Below, one piece after another: positions 31,901-54,033 of a stretch of 64,000 nucleotides of DNA; within the stretch, counting starts at the first letter, position 1, and the number at the start of each line of letters is the position of its first letter. Made by a program: the position numbers and the translations under genes. The notes below the pieces were generated by a model. That model worked only from the letters and a program-made list of their open reading frames with translations, was not told where the DNA came from and searched no databases. This DNA comes from Guillardia theta CCMP2712 (Eukaryota; Protista; Cryptophyta), in assembly GCF_000315625.1 (NCBI RefSeq), contig NW_005434608.1, positions 395,483-459,482 of the forward strand, written 5' to 3'.

Positions 31901-34900
31901 TCTCCCCCCCTCCCGAGGACCTTCTCCTCAAGCTGGAGCTGGACTACTTCGACAAGTCTGTCATCCAAGACCTCGAGGCCGCCAACTGGTCCCTCCGAGA
32001 AGCCATCCAGCTCGTCTTGATCGAGGGCAAGCGAGACCTCGACGAGGTGGCTGGCGACGTCGACGACAACAGCAAGGCGAAGCTTGGGCTGTTCTTGAAG
32101 GAAGTCGAGGCGCAGGAGGCTCGCCTGAGGGCCGCAGGAGAGTCGGAGCTGTTCAAGCCCTCCCAGCGCCCCTCCTCCTCTACCGAGAACAAGCTGCTGG
32201 CCAAGTACGACCGCGTGCTGCAGACCTTGGCGTGGCTGCTGGTCTCGCCGGACGCGGAGGGGAAGCAGAGCAAGGCAGCGGCGCTCCGAGAGCTCGTCGA
32301 GCCTCATCTCCTCCAGGATCGCCTCGACATCTTGACGGCGGCAGACGCGCTCGCCGTGGGCACGAGGAGCAAGGAAGCTCTCACCGCCGGCAAGTCGGAG
32401 GCTGAAGCTCTGCTCATCGACAGGCTGCTCGAGCATGTCCACGCGGGGGTCAATGACCTCTCCTCGCGGCGAGCGAAGCACAACCTCGACGTGCTGGAGG
32501 CTCTGGGCAAGAAGGAAGACGCCTGGAGCGAGCAGTCGGCTTTGGGTATCAAGCAAGCGAAGAAGCACGACCTGCTATGGAAGCGCTTTGTGCAGCTGGT
32601 GCTGAAGCCGTCAGAAGCGAGCAAGTCACGGTATCGGATCTGCTCTGGGAGCCAAGAGGACGAGATGAAGTGTATCTTTGATGACATCTTACCTCGCATG
32701 GAGAAGTGTGGGTGGGACATTCGGATCCCTCTGATCAGGTTTCGAGAGGGTGAAACTGACAGAACTCGGTTTCTTGCAACAGTGACGGACAAGAATGATT
32801 TGCAACTGCTGGAGTATGTGTTTGATAACTACATTGCCAGTCATCTACCTCAAAGCTCTAGCTCGGTCTTTCACTGTGACAGTAGCATTGCATGGTTCTC
32901 TCTGCAACAATTCACTCTTCTGTCCTGTGTTGCTCAGCTAAGCAGCCAGGACTTGTTTGACAGGAGTGATTTCAGGCTGGCTCATCAAACTCTCCATGAA
33001 GTTCGTCGTATGTATATGGATCAGCTTTTACGTGCTACAGCAGACAACTATACCTCCTTGATCCCCAAAGTTGAGAAATTCTGGGATGGAGTGCGTGATG
33101 AAAATGTCTTGATCTCAGATCTTGACGCTGACGAGGCAGCACTGATGAACATCCTTCTTCGATTGCATACTGCTTTCTCCCAGAGCTCAGCCGACAGACA
33201 GGCGTCAATCAATGCGATTCTAAAAGATCTCCTGCCCAAGAATGAAATCGAGGTTTGTTTGTGTAGCTGATACGAATATCAAAGCATATGAAGCTCCTGT
33301 TGGGCAGGTGTTGATCGTTGGGTGGGCGTGTGTAGATGATTCGAGAGACCTGAAAGTTAAACAAAACTTGCGGGACAGGATAATATTTTACATCCTCAAT
33401 CAAGCGACCTCGGACTCATTCCCTGAAGAGCTTGAGGTATATGAGACAAAGTCTCAACCCCTAGCTTGACTGCGTTGATTGTCGACAGGATGCTTTGGAT
33501 CAACTGCTAGCCGTCCATGTTGTTACTGAAGCTTCAATGTTGTCGTCGCAAAGGTTTTTCATGAATTCGCTCATTTGTCCTTGTCAGGAATAGACTAGAT
33601 GGCAATCATGCTAAGTTTTTGCGGCAAGTCATGATATGCATAAAAAACATCAGCCCATCTTTGCTCAAGGTAAGAAAGCATGATACAGATCTCCGAACAC
33701 ATAGCAGTGGTGCAGGAAGCTGTGGACAACAGCACTCAAGTTGCGATCAAAACCAACATGTTGACGGAGAGTGCATATGAAAAGACTTTTCGCTCGAAAG
33801 AAGACGCTTTTCGTCGTGCTGCTCAGGTGATTTGGCTACTGAGGTGTTCCACCCTCAAGATCACATGGAGCTGAACACATTGCGACAGCTCTGTGATGCA
33901 GATTGCGCCGAGAGATATAAGACAGAGAGGATGTTTCCAGGTGCGTGTACTTTCATTCACCTCACGACAGTCATGTTTCAACATCAGGCACATTGGAGAG
34001 GGAGCGAGAACTGATGATTTCTCACTTCTTTGAGGTGAGGAGATGCTAGCATAGATTTAACCATGTCGGCACTGAGTTTCAACATCTGCAGCCGATGAAG
34101 GAAAAGTTAGGGTCTGGCATCACAGACGCGATTAAGAAGATGTGGAATGGAACGCTATCTCTCTCTAAACTCTGCGAAGGTCAGAACATACGGGCCTTGC
34201 TCCTTCTTGCCACCTGAACCTGCGCTTTCAGATCTTAAGGATACCAAACACGTTGGGGCGAGATTCAGCATTTGGAAAACCATCAAATTCACAAAACAAT
34301 ATGGTTTGAAAGATTCAACATGTGCAGATCCAGATAAAGGCGAGATCATCTACTACAACGACGAGACAGAACAAGAAGAGGATGAGGGGAATGATATTTG
34401 GACCCGATTCAAATCCTTCTGGGAGCGACTGGCCAAGATCGCGGCCCTCTCCCCCCCTCCCGAGGACCTTCTCCTCAAGCTGGAGCTGGACTACTTCGAC
34501 AAGTCTGTCATCCAAGACCTCGAGGCCGCCAACTGGTCCCTCCGAGAAGCCATCCAGCTCGTCTTGATCGAGGGCAAGCGAGACCTCGACGAGGTGGCTG
34601 GCGACGTCGACGACAACAGCAAGGCGAAGCTCGGGCTGTTCTTGAAGGAAGTCGAGGCGCAGGAGGCTCGCCTGAGGGCCGCAGGAGAGTCGGAGCTGTT
34701 CAAGCCCTCCCAGCGCCCCTCCTCCTCTACCGAGAACAAGCTGCTGGCCAAGTACGACCGCGTGCTGCAGACCTTGGCGTGGCTGCTGGTCTCGCCGGAC
34801 GCGGAGGGGAAGCAGAGCAAGGCAGCGGCGCTCCGAGAGCTCGTCGAGCCTCATCTCCTCCAGGATCGCCTCGACATCTTGACGGCGGCAGACGCGCTCG

Positions 34901-35406
34901 CCGTGGGCACGAGGAGCAAGGAAGCTCTCACCGCCGGCAAGTCGGAGGCTGAAGCTCTGCTCATCGACAGGCTGCTCGAGCATGTCCACGCGGGGGTCAA
35001 TGACCTCTCCTCGCGGCGAGCGAAGCACAACCTCGACGTGCTGGAGGCTCTGGGCAAGAAGGAAGACGCCTGGAGCGAGCAGTCGGCTTTGGGTATCAGG
35101 CAAGCGAAGAAGCACGACCTGCTATGGAAGCGCTTTGTGCAGCTGGTGCTGAAGCCGTCAGAAGCGAGCAAGTCGCGGTATCGGATCTGCTCTGGGAGCC
35201 AAGAGGACGAGATGAGGTGTATCTTTGATGACATCTTACCTCGCATGGAGCAAGACGGGTGGGACATTCGGATCCCTCTGATCAGGTTTCGTGATGGGAA
35301 AAGAACGAAAGATGATTTGATTCAGGGCATTGAAGACCCTCTTGATGTACAACTGCTGGAGTATGTGTTTGATACATACTTTGCAACCTCTGTCTGCGAG
35401 AATTGA
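28914..35406 (+). CDS. Predicted N-acylated TIR-TIR / IRAK-Pelle-like kinase / ubiquitin-like / helical-repeat protein, multi-exon; roughly 2,000 aa
   Basis: MGCGGS start; [40 protein letters not shown]; kinase [54 protein letters not shown]|[20 protein letters not shown]. Exons can be traced through 33.3-34.2 kb (e.g. intron 34180-34231 restores KLCE|DLKD). Confidence 0.85.
31858..32827 (+). repeat. Intragenic duplication, copy 1 (~0.9-1 kb)
   Basis: Near-identical to 34405-35374 at a constant offset of 2547 nt. Confidence 0.95.
34405..35374 (+). repeat. Intragenic duplication, copy 2
   Basis: Only a handful of substitutions versus copy 1 over the first ~840 nt, then progressive divergence. 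Confidence 0.95.
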
Positions 35407-35851
35407 ATTTCGAGTGTAGTTCTAGTCTCATCTCTGCTATAGTATGTGCAATATGATGTATAAAGTTTGATCAAGACTATGAATGTGAAGCATTGACTGA
35501 CAATTCTAGTGCGGCTCCGATGATGCCCGGTGCTGCTCAGTGATGCCTCAGCTTGGCCCCCGGCCGGGCCCGCCGGCTGACTCACCGGGGGGTCCGATCA
35601 CCGCACTGAGGTCTTGCTTTGTATCCTTAGGGATACTTGTGGCGCCAGTGCTTCCCTTCGGAACCCACAATGGAGTGACGTCATGAAGGCGTGGCGAACG
35701 GACAGTTGATAAGCAGACAAGACAGACAGACAGACAAGACAAGACAAGACAGGACAGGACAAGACAAGACAAGACAGAAGTAGAGATCGGGGAAAGGTGA
35801 TCGAGTGATCGAGTGAGATAGGAAGGGAAAGAGCGTGAGACTGAGGAACTC

Positions 35852-47891
<12,040 letters not shown>

Positions 47892-47961
47892 GAGGTCGAC
47901 AGGCTATTATGTGAATACAACTCAAGTTAAGATGAGACAAAAAGTATAGTTCAGCCTTCAA

Positions 47962-48564
47962 TCAATTGGGTGTACTCTCCATGATCGCAATGACATCCAC
48001 AAGAGACTCTTCCCGTCGAAGCGCCTCCACCTGCCGACATGGTCAGCACAGTCCTCCCCCTCCTCTCTTGCCTCGTCGTCAATCCTCTCCTCTCACTTCC
48101 AAACTCACCGTTGCCGACAACTTGTTCTTGTTCTTCGTCAGAACACTCATCAGCTTGATGATCGCCCACCTCGCCTGCTCCGCCGTCACTTCCTCCACGG
48201 AGCATTCCAATCCTTCCTTCACCCCCATTTTCTCCTGCCCCCCTCGTTTCCTCCCTCCTCCTGCCCCCTCCCCCCCGACTCCCTCGTTCCCTCCCTCGCT
48301 CCCTCACCTGCCCCTGCATCTTCTCCGGCTGCATCACGTCGTAGCTCATGAGCATGCAGGTGTCGAGCTGCTGGAAGCAGAGAGCTCCGTTGATGCTTCC
48401 TCCGAACTTGATGTACTCCGCCACCGGCCCCGCAAGCAGCGTCAAGCTGGAGGCGAGCAGACGTCAGATGACGCGAAGGAGACGGAGACAGCGATCAGAG
48501 GTAACGGCGAAGAGAAGGAGAGCAAGATTGTTACGAACACGAAGAGCAGGATCAGGATCAGGAT

Positions 48565-48603
<39 letters not shown>

Positions 48604-48604
48604 A

Positions 48605-48642
<38 letters not shown>

Positions 48643-49666
48643 TCAACAAGAAGCATCAAGAGAGGAGCACAGCAGAGAAAGGAGGCAGAGGCTTCCCATC
48701 GCCCTCAGCACCTGAGATGATCGATCTCCTTGCTCGTGTACCCGTTCCTGATCGGCTCCGGGTTCAGCCCTCCGAACATCATGTCCCCCTACTCGCGGAC
48801 AACGTGAGCCGACAACCTGCTGCCTCCTCTACTCACATCGCTCGGGATCTCACTCTCCAGGGACGCCCAGGGGGGCAGGCCGAGCGGACGGTTCCTGGGA
48901 ACCACCTGAAGCCTCTCGTCATACCGACAGTCTCCCCCTGACAGCTCCTGCCCACCTCGGGGTCTCCTCTCCTTGACGAGAAGACCTGAGCTCTTCCTGT
49001 CGGCCTTGTCCGCAGAGGATATCCGATGTACTCCCTGCTCCTCTCGTCACGTCGCTCCTCCCCGCCCTCCCTCTCAGCACCTGCGGTACTCCTGCACTGG
49101 GAGGCCACACATGTACGCCACCATGAGATGAGCCGCCTTTAGACTTGCGTCATCCCCCTGCCCCCTCCCCTCCTCCCTTTCTCCTCCCCATCCTTCCCTT
49201 CCTTCCTTCCTTCCTTCCTCTTCCTCCTCCTCCTTCCTCCTCCTCACATCCTCCACTCTTCCCCCCTCCTTCCCTCCCCCGCCCCCCCCCCCGTCTTCCT
49301 CCCTGCCTGCTCCTTCCCCCCTCCTCCTCCAGTCTTACCTCGGATACCAGGGCCCTCTCCTTGTAGTCATCGTAGTTCAACTGCCAGAACCTGCTCCTCC
49401 GTCAACCCTGCAGCAGCGCTCACACCGCCTCCTCCACCTCTGCACCAGCCAGTCGTTGACTTGCTGCCCGAAGAAACCAGATGCGATGTTGAGGAGGAGG
49501 GCACCGTATCCCAGGTCCGCAAACGTCTGTGCGGAGGAGCTGGAAAGAGCTCCGACCTTCTCCAAGTACCCGGCGAAGATCAGGCCCAGCCCTCCGAACA
49601 TAAGCAGAGCTCCTGAGAATGAGTTCTTGACCTTGGGTGCAACTCGTCAATACGAGGCAGGCAGCC

Positions 49667-49711
<45 letters not shown>

Positions 49712-50782
49712 GGGTGAGCGTGAGGAGGAGGAGGAGGAGGAGGAGGAGGAGGAGGAGGAGGAGGAGGAGGAGGAGGAGCTACCTGGAGGGCCTTGTAGGA
49801 GCTGACTCCAAAGGAGACGTCCACGCTCCCTTCCTTGGTCTTGCTGGCGCTCAACAGCTGAGGAAGGCTGTTGCCTCCTCGAAAGCCCATCGCTCCCAGC
49901 TCAGCATCCAGCCGGTTCCACACCTGCAGCTTTCCTGCCGTCTACCAGGTTGATAGCTCAGGACGGAAACAAGGAGGGGAGGCAGGAGGACCTTGAGGTC
50001 GTCGAGAGCGTCAGTGGTCCTTGAGATGTCAGTTCGTGATCCGGTGACGGGGACGAGGCGAACATCCTTCAGGGATTCGATCACAGCTTCGTAGGTGAGC
50101 GCGTAGTCATGCGCAGCTTCTGCGTGATGCTGAAAGTCTGAGGTTGCGATCCTTCGCTCTGCGTCGTCCGCTTCCAAGATCGCCTCTCGGGACTTTTCGG
50201 CGTACTTCTGCGCCAACGTGGTGGTTCCTCGCTCTCGCTCAGCCTTTTCTGCAGCAGCCGCAAGCCTTGCAGCTTCTCCTGCCTTGCTCTCTGCCTGGTT
50301 CTTCAGATCCTGGATCTGCTTCTCTTTCGAATACTTCCTTGCAAACTCTGCGAACTTGTCCAACTCCGACCCCTTCAAGGAAGCTGCCTTCTGCTGCGCT
50401 TTCTCTGCTTCCTCCGCTGCCTTCCTCGCCTTCTCCAGCAGCATCTCTGCTTCCTTCTGTTTGTTTAGCCTCGCCTGTACCCAATCCGATTCAGTCAAAC
50501 TTGGAAGAGAGAGAAGCGAAAAACACCTCTTCCGAGTTGTTAGATACATCCATGCGCAACGAAGTTTTGCTGTTCCTGCATACCCGCGAAGAGCGTGCAG
50601 AGAGCGCACATCGACTTGATGTGGAAGATGACAGCAAATTGAGAGCATTCAAGTGGGTGGCCTCGAAGGCAAGCGCAAGAGAAAGCACCTGATACAAATC
50701 GGATCAAAGTGAGCAACAAGTGGGGTTGGGGATTGCTTACAAAGGAGGATAAGATTAATGTCCTTATCATCACCGGAGCCAT
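47962..50782 (-). CDS. Plastid-targeted peptidase M41-like (FtsH protease-domain-only; VIR3/At5g27290-like) protein, multi-exon
   Basis: MAPVMIRTLILSSF|VLSLALA-F targeting; coiled coil; two TM segments; YKERALVSE|AAHLMVAYMCGLPV; LLAGPVAEYIKFG; ARWAIIKLMSVL..ALRREESLVDVIAIME. Confidence 0.75.
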
Positions 50783-51613
50783 AACTACCCAATGCTTCTG
50801 CAAAGACGTCATCAGCGACAAGAGCATGGAGCTTTCCTTCAGTCGTTTGCTACGCCTTGTCCTCCTACAACTCCATCCGGCGCTACCTCTCACAACCGGC
50901 TGACTTCCGTGTCCCTGCCCTCTGTCGTTCCTGTTCCTGTAACCACTTCACTCGAAGACATGACCCACTATCCCTACTCCTCCTTGCTCGCTCGCCTCCT
51001 CTCTCTCCGACCTCCATCGCACGTTCGAGCTTCCATTCCATGTCACCATTCCTTCGATTTCTTACGGCTAGTACCCTGACCCCACCCTCTACAACTAGGC
51101 CTATTACCCTACCTCTGATGATCGATATGGACAAATTACCCCGTACCAACTTCTGTAAAAAACATTTAGCTTATGGGTAGGGGTATGTACCCCACCGTAC
51201 AATGATACTTTAGAACCCCTACCCCTCACTGAAAATATGGAAAGAATGGACATGCTGGGCCACTGGAGGAACCACAGGTGAAACAACAAACGAGACAACA
51301 AGGGAGGACAACAAGACAAGCGACAAGACGTCAAGAAACGAGGAGACGAGATAAGACGAGACGAGACCAGGCAAGCAACAAGACAAAACAACCAATAAGA
51401 CAAGACAAGACAAAAACAAGCAGTGGAAGAAGAATCGGACGGTGAAAGAAAGATGAGAAAAGGAGAATCGCCCTACACCACCAAGAATACGTGAATTCAT
51501 GGAATAATCGATTTCGCTATCGTTGGATTCAACTTCTTGATCTAATTTACAACCCGCTGGTGTCTACATATGTACAGGAAGGAAGCAAGAGCACTCGCAT
51601 CCGTTGAAAGCCT

Positions 51614-52299
51614 CTAGTACGAGCCACTCGAGGATTCTGTTGTCCCGTCTGAATCGGAGCTTTCATCCTTTCTGCCTTTCTTGCTGACCTGCATCACGTG
51701 TAAGGAGAGCTCTGCATGCTTGTATCGGAGCACCTGGCGCACTGGTGCTGGTTTAGCGTTGGGGTCGCGCATGCCCCCACCCTCAGCCTCCAAGACTTTG
51801 ATCAGAGCATAGAACTCAGGGTAGGCTGTCGAACCAGTAAGCCGCTTCCCCTGGCTCCTTCCTCCCTCACCTATCTGCCCATCGCCGTCCTTGTCGGCCT
51901 CGCGGATGAGCTCGTCGATCTGGGGCAGGTTTTGTCTCAGCAAGGGGCCCGCACATGAGCAACGGACCAGGTCGTCATCGAGGTTCTCTCCGATCGCCTT
52001 GTACACTTTCGCAAGGTCTGCTGCCCCGAGGTATCCGTTGCCGTCTCTGCCGCACGCCGACGTCACCATCGGAGCTCATAACGATGGGCCGGCACCTGTC
52101 GAACTGCTGGAAGATGTTTCGAATATCGCTGTCTAGCAAGAACTTGCTGTCCCGAGAGCATGTCAGGGGAAGCCTCAGGGACTAGTTTCGACCTTGTCTG
52201 CTTCTCCAAGAGGCGTTTCTCCATGAGCGTCATCGCTCCAACGTCTGAGGACATGCTCCTCTGACTGAGCTTCCGACTTGAACCTGAAGACTTCGGCAT
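51614..52299 (-). CDS. Small EF-hand (calmodulin/centrin-like half) protein, multi-exon
   Basis: IFQQFDR|[19 protein letters not shown]|[16 protein letters not shown]|AYPEF. Confidence 0.85.
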
Positions 52300-52592
52300 C
52301 CTTGGCAAAGTAGATCAGACATTCAGAGATCAGCTGACATTCAGATTTGACATCTTGAAAATGATCAGCCCTGCACTAACATCTGCTTGCAGAGGCATAT
52401 TGCGATATAGTTCGAGGTAGCCAGGTGGAAAAGGGCTACAGAAAGTGACAGCAATATTTGCTAGGTATCTCTACAAATCTGCTCCCTCATCCTGTAAATA
52501 CACTTTCGTAACTGCAAGCCAATTCGGTGTCTGCCAAACTCGAGTCTTAAGCGATTCCGTTGGGAGTCAGAGGAGCAAGGAACCTTCAGCCT

Positions 52593-53090
52593 CCATCGCT
52601 CTCTCTCTCTCCCTCTAGTCTATCCTGCCATCGCTCTCTCTCTCCCTCTAGTCTATCCTGCCATCGCTCTCTCTCCCTCCCTCTAGTCTATCCTGCCATC
52701 GCTCTCTCTCCCTCCCTCCCTCTAGGCTATCCTGCCATCGCTCTCTCTCTCTCGCTCTCCCTCTAGTCTATCCTGCCATCGCTCTCCCTCCCTCCCTCCG
52801 TCTTAGTCTATCCTGCCATCGCTCTCTCTCTCGTCCCTCTAGTCTATCCTGCCATCGCTCTCTCTCTCTCCCTCTAGTCTATCCTGCCATCGCTCTCTCT
52901 CTCCCTCTAGTCTATCCTGCCATCGCTCTCTCTCCCTCCCTCTAGTCTATCCTGCCATCGCTCTCTCTCTCTCTCCCTCTAGTCTATCCTGCCATCGCTC
53001 TCTCTCCCTCCCTCCCTCTAGGCTATCCTGCCATCGCTCTCTCTCTCTCCCTCTAGTCTATCCTGCCATCGCTCGCTCTCTTTCCTGCCA
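52593..53090 (+). repeat. Minisatellite: core CCCTCTAGTCTATCCTGCCATCGCTC, ~13 copies, with variable (CT)n/(CCCT)n linkers
   Basis: Directly visible; unit ~32-41 bp. Confidence 0.95.
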
Positions 53091-54033
53091 CTCTCCCTCC
53101 CCTTGTGGTTAGAGCCCACCCTGATCATTCTTGAGTGAAAAGATTTTATCCTTCGGGGGGTAGGGTTATCAACCCACCCACCGTTTCAACATGAGAACTC
53201 TTAGGAGCATGAGGTAGGGGGAGGAAATTTGAGCGAAAAGTCCGCCAGAACTGAGGGGGTGGGGTCCATACTAAAAATAGTTTTTGTGTACAAATAGTTT
53301 TTGTTTCTGCCGGACCTATCAACCGCCTCCTCCAATGACCCACTACCCCACCCCCATCCGGTCCCTACGATCACCCCCTCACTTCCACGACTTTACCACC
53401 CCTGGAGTTATTGACCCCGGATTCCCTCAGTAGAAGTACCGGTGCTATTTCTCGGCGAAAGCGAAGCTCTCAACATAGGAAGGGGCGCCAAATAATGATC
53501 TCATGGCGAGACGCAGGGGTGGGGTAGTGGAAACAGGGTGGGGTAGTCAAAGGCAGGGAGGTAAACTTTTTGGGGAACGGAGATTGACGAAAGATCAGAG
53601 GCTGAAGTGGGGGGTGGGGTAGTCTTGGAATGGAGGGGTGGGGTATAATGAATTATTAATTGATTCGAGCCCTGGGGTGGACTGGAAGAAGGGGTCAGAT
53701 CTGAACCAAACATTCGAAAGCGAGGTGGGTGGGGTGGTCCATGGGGTGCTTCTGTGGGAGGGTAAGGGATGGGATTTCACGGGGTAGGGTAGATCACAGC
53801 ATGGGTATCGTTGCTACAGGGGTAGTCCAATCGGGTGTTGTACAGAACCAGGGTAGGTACATGGGCGGTAAATGTGCGGGGTAGGGTGTTGGGTCGGTTG
53901 AAGGGGGTGGGGTCGGTTAGCAGTTGGCAATGCACAGGGGGTTGGTTCGGGAGTTGAGCGACCGGATGCCTGGGCTGATGCGCGGAAACTGGTTGCGATG
54001 GAGCCCGGGGGAGACGAGGAAGATGCTTCAGCG

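Noticed and set aside
31792-35267. Long antisense ORFs (258/266 aa etc.) as separate genes
   Set aside because: These are shadow ORFs of GC3-rich coding sequence; the same applies to most short overlapping ORFs in the track.
52593-53090. CRISPR-like array (constant repeat with variable spacers)
   Set aside because: The spacers are only CT/CCCT microsatellite of ~6-15 nt, there are no cas genes, and the context is eukaryotic.
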